DNA from: an uncultured Clostridia bacterium
Lineage (GTDB): Bacteria > Bacillota > Clostridia > Oscillospirales > Oscillospiraceae
NCBI GenBank assembly: GCA_946625125.1
Contig: CAMOSU010000001.1
Location: 419-64,418 of the forward strand
Direction: 5' to 3'
DNA: 64,000 nt
Numbering within the stretch: position 1 is the first letter of the stretch; each line of letters opens with the position of its first letter. The notes beneath the pieces are model-generated. The model saw only the letters and a list, made by a program, of their open reading frames with translations. It made no database searches and was not told where the DNA came from. Below are positions 18,414-26,152 of the stretch, piece after piece. Made by a program: the position numbers and the translations under genes.

Positions 18414-21383
18414 ATGTCCGAACGGATGTATCCCATACCCTTTGATCGGCTCATAAACTGGGCCTTGACGGAATACCAGCAGGAGGGGACGGTATTCGGG
18501 GTGCGCAGCTTCTACAGCGCGGACCAGAAGAAAACCCTGCCCATTTTTGGGGAGCGGATTGAAACACCCTTTGGTCCCGCGGCGGGGCCCAATTCCCAGC
18601 TTGCTCAGAACATCATCGCGGCCTATGTGGCGGGCGCCCGCTTTTTCGAGCTGAAAACCGTTCAGCAGATGGACGGGGAGGAACTGGCCCGCTGTGTCCC
18701 CAGGCCCTGCATTCTGGCCGAGGACGAGGGCTACAATCAGGAGTGGTCCACGGAGCTCACCGTGGCCCAGGCCAGGGATGAGTACATCAAGGCCTGGTGC
18801 GCCCTGAAGCTCCTTTCCGGTCTCTGGGGCCTGGGGGACCCGGAGGGCTTTGTGTTCAATATGTCCGTGGGCTATGATCTGGAGGGCATTCGCGGCGCGA
18901 AGGTGGACGCTTATATCGAAGCCATGAAGGACGCCTCCGGCACTCAGCAGTTTGCCGAGTGCATGCGGGAGCTGAAGCGGCGCTTCCCGGAAAAGGCCGC
19001 CTTCCTCGAGAGCATTTCTCCCCGGGTGTCGCGCTCCGTCACCCTGTCCACCCTCCACGGCTGTCCCCCCGAGGAAATCGAGCGCATTGCCTCCTATCTG
19101 ATCCGGGAGAAGGGCCTGCATTGCTATGTCAAGTGCAACCCCACCATTCTGGGATACCGGGATGCCCGGGGCATTCTGGACGGCATGGGCTACGACTACG
19201 TGGTGTTCGACAGCCATCACTTTGACGAGGACCTGCAATGGACCGACGCGGTGCCGATGTTTGAACGGCTTCAGGCCCTGGCGGGGGAGCGGGGGCTGGA
19301 ATTCGGCCTGAAGCTCTCCAACACCTTCCCGGTGGATACCACCCGGGGAGAGCTGCCCAATCAAGAGATGTACATGTCCGGGCGGGCGCTGTTCCCCTTG
19401 ACCGTTGAGATGTGCAGCCGCTTCTCCCGGCAGTTCGGGGGACGAATGAAGCTCTCCTTCGCCGGAGGCGCGGACTATTTCAACTGCGACAAGCTGTTTT
19501 CCGCCGGGATCTGGCCCATTACTGTGGCCACCACGATTCTGAAGCCCGGCGGATACAACCGCCTGGCCCAGCTCTGCGAAAAAACCCAGAATCTGTCCTT
19601 CGGCCCCTTTGCCGGGACCGACACCGGAGCCATTGCCGCCCTGAGTGCTGCCTGCCGCCGGGACCCCCGGCACACCAAGCCCGTCAAGCCCCTGCCCAGC
19701 CGGAAGTCCAGGGAGCCTGTACCCTGGTTTGACTGCTTCCAGGCGCCCTGCGAGGGGGGCTGCCCCATCGGCCAGGACGTGCCGGAATACATGGAGCTCT
19801 GCGCCCAGGGCCGCTATGAAGAAGCCCTGAGACTGATTACCGAGAAAAACCCTCTGCCCTTCATCACCGGAACCATCTGCGCCCACCGCTGTATGGGCAA
19901 GTGCAGCCGGAGCTTCTACGACGATCCGGTGGAGATTCGCGCCGTGAAGCTCCTGGCGGCGGAGCGGGGCTATGAGGCCCTGCTGGCCTCCATCCGGAAG
20001 CCGCGCCCTGTCCCCGGGAAGAAAGCCGCAGTGATTGGCGGCGGTCCCACGGGTATGGCGGCGGCGTACTTCCTCAGCCGGGCCGGGGTGGCCTGCACCC
20101 TCTTTGAGCGGGAAAACACCCTGGGGGGCATTGTCCGCCAGGTGATCCCGGAGTTCCGAATCTCCCGGGAGGCCATCGACAGGGACGCCGCTCTGATTGC
20201 CGCCTACGGAGCGGAAATCAAGACAAATACCCCGGCTCCCACTGTGACGGAGCTGAAGGCTCTGGGCTATACCCACGTTTTCTGCGCCGTGGGGGCCTGG
20301 AAAGCCGGACGGCTGGAGCTGCCCGGAAATGTGAAGCCCGTTATCCCCTGGATGAAGGCCCGCAAAGCCGACACGGACAGGGAGCCCCTGGGCCATGTGG
20401 CGGTGATCGGCGGCGGCAATACCGCCATGGACGCGGCCCGTCTGGCCAAACGCAGCGGGGCGAAAACCGTTACGCTGGTCTATCGCCGGACCAAGCGCTA
20501 TATGCCGGCGGACTCTCAGGAGCTGGAGCTGGCGCTGGCCGAGGGCGTCCGATTCCTGGAGCTGGCAGCGCCGAAGCAGCAGGGGGAGGGGAAGCTGATC
20601 TACGAACGGATGGAGCTGGGAGCCCCCGACGCCTCGGGCCGCCGCAGCCCGGTTCCCACCGGCGAGCTGGGGGAAATCGAATGCGACCTGGTGATCTCCG
20701 CCGTGGGGGAGCAGGTGGACCCGGAAGTCTTTGCCGCCTCGGGGGTGGAGCTGGACGCCAAGGGCCGCCCCTCCTTCCGCACCAATCTGGAGGGAGTCTA
20801 CGCGGGGGGCGACGCCCTCCGGGGACCTGCCACGGTGGTGGAGGGCATTGCCGACGCCGCCCGCTTTGCCCAGGCGGTGTTGGGAGAGCGGCACAGTGTT
20901 TCCTATCCGGAGGGCTGTTGCCCCGATCCCGAAAAGCTTGGGGAGAGAAAGGGCGTCCTGGCCCCCGCCGGAGCCCCGGAGAGGGAGCCGGAGCGCTGTC
21001 TGGGCTGTAACCGCCTCTGCGAGAACTGCGTGGACGTTTGCCCCAACCGGGCCAATGTGGGGATCCGTTTGCCGGATGGGTCCCGGCAGATTCTCCATGT
21101 GGACGATCTTTGCAACGAATGCGGCAACTGTACCGCCTTCTGCCCCTACGCCTCTCAGCCCTGCAAGGACAAGCTGACCCTGTTCAGCAGCCTGGAGCGC
21201 TTTGAGGATTCAGAGAACCCGGGCTTCCTGCCCCAGCCCGGCGGGAATGCCGTCCTCCGGCTGCCCGGTCTGGACCCGGATACCCCGGAGGGAGCGGCCC
21301 TGATGGATCGGATTCGACTGCTGACGGAAACCCTGGCGGAAAGTTATGCCTATCTTTGCCCGTCCCTCGGAAAGGAGCCTTGA
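18414..21383 (+). CDS. ygfK: YgfK-type Fe-S/FAD oxidoreductase (annotated elsewhere as putative selenate reductase subunit YgfK)
   Basis: ORF 18231..21383, with start set at M62 (MSERMYPIPF) after AAAGGAG. It has an N-terminal DHOD/DPD-like TIM-barrel region and central GltD-like NAD(P)/FAD motifs (AVIGGGPTGMAAAYFL, VAVIGGGNTAMDAAR). C-terminal ferredoxin motifs are CLGCNRLCENCVDVCP and CNECGNCTAFCP. The ~989 aa length is comparable with E. coli YgfK. Confidence 0.8.
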   Translation: MSERMYPIPFDRLINWALTEYQQEGTVFGVRSFYSADQKKTLPIFGERIETPFGPAAGPNSQLAQNIIAAYVAGARFFELKTVQQMDGEELARCVPRPCILAEDEGYNQEWSTELTVAQARDEYIKAWCALKLLSGLWGLGDPEGFVFNMSVGYDLEGIRGAKVDAYIEAMKDASGTQQFAECMRELKRRFPEKAAFLESISPRVSRSVTLSTLHGCPPEEIERIASYLIREKGLHCYVKCNPTILGYRDARGILDGMGYDYVVFDSHHFDEDLQWTDAVPMFERLQALAGERGLEFGLKLSNTFPVDTTRGELPNQEMYMSGRALFPLTVEMCSRFSRQFGGRMKLSFAGGADYFNCDKLFSAGIWPITVATTILKPGGYNRLAQLCEKTQNLSFGPFAGTDTGAIAALSAACRRDPRHTKPVKPLPSRKSREPVPWFDCFQAPCEGGCPIGQDVPEYMELCAQGRYEEALRLITEKNPLPFITGTICAHRCMGKCSRSFYDDPVEIRAVKLLAAERGYEALLASIRKPRPVPGKKAAVIGGGPTGMAAAYFLSRAGVACTLFERENTLGGIVRQVIPEFRISREAIDRDAALIAAYGAEIKTNTPAPTVTELKALGYTHVFCAVGAWKAGRLELPGNVKPVIPWMKARKADTDREPLGHVAVIGGGNTAMDAARLAKRSGAKTVTLVYRRTKRYMPADSQELELALAEGVRFLELAAPKQQGEGKLIYERMELGAPDASGRRSPVPTGELGEIECDLVISAVGEQVDPEVFAASGVELDAKGRPSFRTNLEGVYAGGDALRGPATVVEGIADAARFAQAVLGERHSVSYPEGCCPDPEKLGERKGVLAPAGAPEREPERCLGCNRLCENCVDVCPNRANVGIRLPDGSRQILHVDDLCNECGNCTAFCPYASQPCKDKLTLFSSLERFEDSENPGFLPQPGGNAVLRLPGLDPDTPEGAALMDRIRLLTETLAESYAYLCPSLGKEP

Positions 21384-21385
21384 CT

Positions 21386-21541
21386 GTGGACTTTTTCAGC
21401 GCCCATCCCATCACCATACTGCTGGCGGCGGTGTCCGCGGTGATCTGGACTGCCGGCAACCGCAGCCGGAATAAGACCCAGGTTATCATCGGCGTCGCCC
21501 TCTCCGTGGCCGCCATAGCCGCCTTTGTGTTTGGAAAATAA
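21386..21541 (+). CDS. Candidate 51-aa two-helix membrane mini-protein
   Basis: GTG at 21386 with AAAGGAG 8 nt upstream, directly after the ygfK stop. Sequence VDFFSAHPITILLAAVSAVIWTAGNRSRNKTQVIIGVALSVAAIAAFVFGK. The track ORF 21356..21541 would overlap ygfK. Confidence 0.4.
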   Translation: MDFFSAHPITILLAAVSAVIWTAGNRSRNKTQVIIGVALSVAAIAAFVFGK

Positions 21542-21577
21542 ACCGCCGTATTTCGGCAGAGAAAGGAAACAATTTGA

Positions 21578-21757
21578 ATGGAATTTAATCTGCAAGCTCT
21601 GGTGGAGCTTTTCAAAACCTACACCGCGGCCCTGCCCACCTCTGTGGTAGCCGTCATCCTGCTGCTGGTGGGCCTGAAGGTGAAAAAAGCTGTTTTTAAG
21701 CTGATCGGCCTGGCGCTGATCGCGGCTGCCGTCCTCTTCTTTGTGCTGAAGGTTTGA
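21578..21757 (+). CDS. Candidate 59-aa membrane mini-protein (below the ORF-track size cutoff)
   Basis: Hand translation: MEFNLQALVELFKTYTAALPTSVVAVILLLVGLKVKKAVFKLIGLALIAAAVLFFVLKV. GAAAGGAAAC lies upstream of the ATG. Confidence 0.4.
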   Translation: MEFNLQALVELFKTYTAALPTSVVAVILLLVGLKVKKAVFKLIGLALIAAAVLFFVLKV

Positions 21758-21797
21758 TACGATTCTCCAATAAAACCATTTAAAATCTTTGCGGCCA

Positions 21798-21920
21798 GAT
21801 TTGCGCCATACTTCGTTGTCGTCCTTGCCGGGCGTCAAGCCCGCCTGCGTCCTCCGCCTCGTCTGGCACAAATTTGCCTCGTAATTCTTTTTTAAAGCGT
21901 TTTATCGGATAATAGTATGA
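21798..21920 (+). repeat. Intergenic repeat family A, copy 1 (~120 nt)
   Basis: About 90 percent identical by eye to 33010..33130. Core: GCCATACTTCGTTG.CGTCC.TGCCGGGCGTCAAGCCCGCCTGCGTCCTCCGCC.CGTCTGGCACAAAT.TGCCTCG.AA.TCTTTTTAAAGCGTTT.ATCGGATAAT. Inverted arms TTG(C/T)GCCA / TGGCACAA flank the core. Confidence 0.8.
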
Positions 21921-21988
21921 AACAGAATCCTGCAAACAGGGACCGGACTTCTCGTTTGGAGAAGTCCGGTCCCTGTTTGATCAAAGGC

Positions 21989-23095
21989 TCATTCGATGTG
22001 CCAGAGGGGCGTGATGTCGTAGTCCTGGGGTACTCGTGTCCATTCACCTTGCTCTGCTTCAATGTACCACAGACCGTCCTCATACTCCATCCAGCCGAAA
22101 TCTCCGTAGTCCCCGGAAATGGGCTCGTACCAATACTGCCAGAGGGGCGGGGTCACGTCCGTGTTGTACCAGGCCCAGAGCTGGGAGTCCGGGTCATAAT
22201 AGCTCTCCTCGCCGGCGTCCCACTGGAGGGTCCGGTCATAGTTCCCGCCGGAGACGATTTCATAAGCTCCGTCTCCCAAGTCCCGCAGGTGGATGCTGGT
22301 TCCGAAAAGCGCTGTATTGGAGATCTGATCCTCCACATATCGGTGAACGCCTGTGTCCATGATGTGAATTGCCGCGGCGGCAACGCCGATGACCAGAATG
22401 GCAAGTACCATGGCAATCACGCCCAGGAGCTTAGCTCTGGAGGCGAATCCCGACCTTCGGTCCCGGTAATCCACGTAACCCGGGGAAGCCTGGAGCTTTC
22501 GGTACATAGGGTCCTGGGTGTACTCATCCAGGGCGGAGCATATCTTCATGCTGCCGCCGCACTGGGGGCAGATCAAGGCTCCGCCCTCGGTCCAGTCGAT
22601 TTTGCTGACGGTGTCGCAGTATTGGCATTGACAGACGACGTTTTTGTAAACGCCGTCAGAGCGGCGGAACACCACGGTTTCGTAGTACTGTCCGTTTTCG
22701 TCGTAGTAGCCCTTCTTGTACTCCCGCCCCGTGGAGCGGTCGGTCCAGCTCAGAGGATAGTATTCATAATTGTGCCGGACGCAGTAGTGGGGTATGGGCG
22801 TGACGTTGTAGTGCTCCCCGGGATCATAGCCCTGGGGCTGGTTGCTCCTGACTCTCTGGATGACGCTTCCCCGCATGGAGCCGTCCCGGACATAGTGGGA
22901 GCGGTAGGTCTCCGGGCTGTGGCTGCTGCGGCTGTGCCGGGAAGGAGAACCGGAGCGGGAGGATGAACGCCAGGAGCCTCCTGAGGAGCTCCGGGAGCTG
23001 CCGGAACGGGAACTGCTGGAATGGGAACTGCTGGAATGAGAGCTGCTGGAATGAGAACTGCTGGAATGAGAGCTGCTGGAATGGGAACTTGGCAT
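21989..23095 (-). CDS. Hypothetical membrane protein: N-terminal (SSSSH)n repeat, zinc-ribbon, one TM helix, Trp/Tyr-rich outer domain
   Basis: 368 aa. MPSSH(SSSSH)4SSSSR is followed by a Ser/Arg-rich tract. Cys pairs CQCQYC...CPQCGG indicate a zinc ribbon. The TM helix is LLGVIAMVLAILVIGVAAAAIHI. The C-terminal ~130 aa are aromatic-rich (LWAWYNTDVTPPLWQYWYEPISGDYGDFGWMEYEDGLWYIE). The start overlaps the upstream stop as TAATG. Confidence 0.65.
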   Translation of the reverse strand: MPSSHSSSSHSSSSHSSSSHSSSSHSSSSRSGSSRSSSGGSWRSSSRSGSPSRHSRSSHSPETYRSHYVRDGSMRGSVIQRVRSNQPQGYDPGEHYNVTPIPHYCVRHNYEYYPLSWTDRSTGREYKKGYYDENGQYYETVVFRRSDGVYKNVVCQCQYCDTVSKIDWTEGGALICPQCGGSMKICSALDEYTQDPMYRKLQASPGYVDYRDRRSGFASRAKLLGVIAMVLAILVIGVAAAAIHIMDTGVHRYVEDQISNTALFGTSIHLRDLGDGAYEIVSGGNYDRTLQWDAGEESYYDPDSQLWAWYNTDVTPPLWQYWYEPISGDYGDFGWMEYEDGLWYIEAEQGEWTRVPQDYDITPLWHIE

Positions 23096-24747
23096 TATTT
23101 GGAACCTCCAATGTGTGAGATCAAAGCCTCCGCGCAGAGAATGCCGTCAACGGCGGCGGACATGATGCCTCCGGCGTAGCCAGCGCCCTCTCCGCAGGGG
23201 TAGAGTCCCCGAAGACTGGGGGACTGCCTGGTATCATCCCGCAGAATCCGAACAGGGGAGGAGCTGCGGGTTTCCGGGGCCGTCATAACGGCGTCCGGGT
23301 CGTCGTAGCCCTTCAGAATCTTTCCCAGGGCGGGGATCGCCTCTTCCAGTACCAGGGTCAGCCGGTCCGGTAAAACCTGGTGGAGCTCGCAGGGGGTCAC
23401 ACCCGGGCGGTAGCTGGGCCGGACGCTGCCCCAGGCCTCGGTGGGCCGATGGGCCAAAAAGTCCCCCACCCGCTGAGCAGGGGCGCGGTAATTGCCGCCC
23501 CCGGCCCGGAAGGCCGCGGCTTCAATTTCCTGCTGCCAGTACATGCCCCCCAGAACAGACTTGTCCGGGAAATCGTCGGGCTCCAAAGTAACAAGCAGGG
23601 CGGCGTTGGCGTTTTCCCCCTCCCGGGCGAAGTTGCTCATGCCGTTGGTTACGACCCGCCCAGGCTCCGAGGCGGCGGCCACCACATAGCCGCCGGGACA
23701 CATGCAGAAGGTGTAGGCAGAGCCGCCGTCGGGCAGCTTTACATTCAGCTTGTAATCCGCCGGGGGAACGGAGGCGGCATCCTGGTCCGAGATTGCGGAC
23801 GCGGCCCCATCGGACGCGGAATCCCGCTCCACCAGACCGTACTGGGCCTTGTCAATGCTTGCCTGCAGGTGCTCCACCCGCACCCCCATGGAGAAGGGCT
23901 TGGGCTCCATGGCCAGGCCGAGGGCCTCCAGCATTTGGAAGCTGTCTCTGGCGCTGTGGCCGGGAGCCAGAATCAAATGGGAGCAGGGAAGCAGACGTTC
24001 CTCCCCGTCCTGGGTAATCAAGGCCCCGGTGAGGACGGCGTTTTCCTGCTTCAGCCCGGTGAGCTTTGCCCCGAAGCGGACCTCGCCCCCCAGGGCAATG
24101 ACTCTGGTCCGAAGATTCTGCACCACCTGCCGCAGCACGTCGGTGCCTACGTGGGGCTTGGCGTCGTAGAGGATGCTCTCGTCCGCGCCAAAACGCACCA
24201 GTTGCCGCAGCACCCAGCCCTGGCGCAGATCCCTGGTGCCGGTGTTCAGCTTTCCGTCGGAGAAGGTGCCGGCTCCGCCCTCCCCGAACTGGACGTTGTT
24301 TTCAGGGTCCAGGTTCCCGCTTTTCCAAAATTCCTCCACGGCGCGGCGCCGGGCTTCGGCGTCCCGGCCCCGTTCGATGACGATGGGCCGCAGACCCGCT
24401 CCGGCCAGAATCAGGGCGGCAAACATCCCGGCAGGTCCGAAGCCCACCACCACCGGGCGGGAATCGGAGGGAGCCGGGAGCTTGGGAGGCTTGTACCAGA
24501 GCTCCTTTGCCTGGCTCACCTTGGGGCTGCGGCAGGAGCGAAGAAGCTGCTTTTCACTTTTCCTTGTGGCAAGGTCCACGGTATAGCTCCAGCGCAGCTC
24601 CGGCTTTTTCCGGGCGTCCAGGGAGCGCCGCCGGATGTGAAGCTCCGTGATCTGGGAGGCGGGGACCCCCAGGGTCTGGGCAGCCAGATAGTAGAGCATG
24701 GAGGGATCGTGCCGCAGAGGTAAAATCAAATCTCGAATAGTTAACAT
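23095..24747 (-). CDS. FAD-dependent protein (COG2509-like uncharacterised NAD(FAD)-dependent dehydrogenase)
   Basis: 550 aa. The dinucleotide-binding motif VVVGFGPAGMFAALILAGAG is preceded by a ~90 aa N-domain, then FGEGGAGTFSDGKLNTG and a C-terminal GEGAGYAGGIMSAAVDG. Confidence 0.7.
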   Translation of the reverse strand: MLTIRDLILPLRHDPSMLYYLAAQTLGVPASQITELHIRRRSLDARKKPELRWSYTVDLATRKSEKQLLRSCRSPKVSQAKELWYKPPKLPAPSDSRPVVVGFGPAGMFAALILAGAGLRPIVIERGRDAEARRRAVEEFWKSGNLDPENNVQFGEGGAGTFSDGKLNTGTRDLRQGWVLRQLVRFGADESILYDAKPHVGTDVLRQVVQNLRTRVIALGGEVRFGAKLTGLKQENAVLTGALITQDGEERLLPCSHLILAPGHSARDSFQMLEALGLAMEPKPFSMGVRVEHLQASIDKAQYGLVERDSASDGAASAISDQDAASVPPADYKLNVKLPDGGSAYTFCMCPGGYVVAAASEPGRVVTNGMSNFAREGENANAALLVTLEPDDFPDKSVLGGMYWQQEIEAAAFRAGGGNYRAPAQRVGDFLAHRPTEAWGSVRPSYRPGVTPCELHQVLPDRLTLVLEEAIPALGKILKGYDDPDAVMTAPETRSSSPVRILRDDTRQSPSLRGLYPCGEGAGYAGGIMSAAVDGILCAEALISHIGGSK

Positions 24748-24778
24748 AATTATATTACCGTTGATGCTTAAGACAGTC

Positions 24779-26017
24779 TCATGTTTGCTGAGCTGGTCTT
24801 GCTTCGTGATTGCTCTTCAATTGTCCCGCCAGCAGGCCCGAGGACCAGGCCCACTGGAGGTTGAAGCCGCCGCAGTCCCCGTCCACGTCCAAAACTTCCC
24901 CGGTGGCATAGAGCCCCGGGACGATCCGGCTTTGGAGGGTGGCAGGGTCAAATTCCCCGGTGACGATGCCCCCGGCAGTGACCTGGGCGCCCTCCATCCC
25001 CATGGTTCCCGTGACGGTCAGGCTCAGGGCATGACAGCGCTCCACCACGTCGTTGAGCTGCTTCCAGTTCAGAGAGGTGAGGGGGGTATTCAGTCGGACG
25101 CCGCAGGCGCTCACCAGCATCCGGCCCAGGCGGTTGTGGAGAATCCCGGTGAGCAGATCCCCGGCTTCCAGAGCAGGAAAGCGGGAGATGCGGATGCAGA
25201 GGGCGGAGAGCAGGTCCTCCTCCCGGTAATCCGGCAGCAGATTCAGGTTCAGCTCACAGTTCTCCGTTGTGGCGGCCGCCCGGGACAGGTCGAACACCGC
25301 GGGGCCGGAAACGCCGTAATCCGTAAACTGGACCTCTCCCCGGGCCTCCGCCAGCAGAGCGCCCCGAAGGCTCAGCCGCAGGGCGGCGTTGGCCCGGACG
25401 CCCTTGAGTCCCCGAACCAGCTCCGGGTCGGTCTTCAACTGCACCAGGGAGGGATAGAGCTTCGTGCAGTGGTGGCCCAGACTCCGCAGGAGCTGATAGC
25501 CGGAAAGTCCTCCTCCCAGCTTTGTCCCGGCGGCTCCTCCACAGGCCACAATCAGCCGCTCCGCCTCGTAGCACGCGCCGTTCTGGTCCTTCAGCCGGAA
25601 GCCCTGCCCGCCGCGCTTGACGGAGGTGATCTCCGTGCCGGTTTTGAGCTGGATGTTCCGCCGGGAGAGGGCAAAGCGCAGCACGTCCACCACGGAGTTG
25701 GCCTGGTCCGAGTAGGGGTACACCCGGCCCCCCGGCTCCGTGACGGTGTAGAGCCCCAGGGTCTGAAAGAAGTCCAGGGTGCTGTCCACCGGGAAGGCGT
25801 CCAGGGCTGGACGCACAAAGTCCGGGGTGCTGCCATGGTAGCGTCCGGGGGCGGCTTGCCGGTTGGTGAGGTTGCAGCGTCCGTTGCCTGTAGCCAGCAG
25901 CTTTCTGCCCACCCTGGCCTGCCGTTCAAAAAGCAGAACTTCATTTGTACCGGAGGCCGCGGCGGTAATGGCCGCCGTCATGCCGGAGGCTCCGGCGCCG
26001 ATGATGGCAATTCTCAT
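24779..26017 (-). CDS. HI0933/BaiN-like flavoprotein (NAD(P)/FAD-dependent oxidoreductase)
   Basis: The track ORF 24779..27232 is over-extended and its upstream part is antisense to addB. Start set at MRIAIIGAGASGMTAAITAA (ATG 26017), giving 413 aa. Motifs include LLATGNGRCNLTN and C-terminal GLYATGEVLDVDGDCGGFNLQWAWSSG. Confidence 0.75.
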   Translation of the reverse strand: MRIAIIGAGASGMTAAITAAASGTNEVLLFERQARVGRKLLATGNGRCNLTNRQAAPGRYHGSTPDFVRPALDAFPVDSTLDFFQTLGLYTVTEPGGRVYPYSDQANSVVDVLRFALSRRNIQLKTGTEITSVKRGGQGFRLKDQNGACYEAERLIVACGGAAGTKLGGGLSGYQLLRSLGHHCTKLYPSLVQLKTDPELVRGLKGVRANAALRLSLRGALLAEARGEVQFTDYGVSGPAVFDLSRAAATTENCELNLNLLPDYREEDLLSALCIRISRFPALEAGDLLTGILHNRLGRMLVSACGVRLNTPLTSLNWKQLNDVVERCHALSLTVTGTMGMEGAQVTAGGIVTGEFDPATLQSRIVPGLYATGEVLDVDGDCGGFNLQWAWSSGLLAGQLKSNHEARPAQQT

Positions 26018-26152
26018 GGCATTCCCTCCCGTCTGTGAGTGATTTGTACTATTATAATCGAAAAACAGACCTGTGACAAGAGCGGAACGAAAAAAATACT
26101 GTTCAGCCGGGAGAAAATGTGATATGATGGGGGCAGAAAGCGAGATGATACC

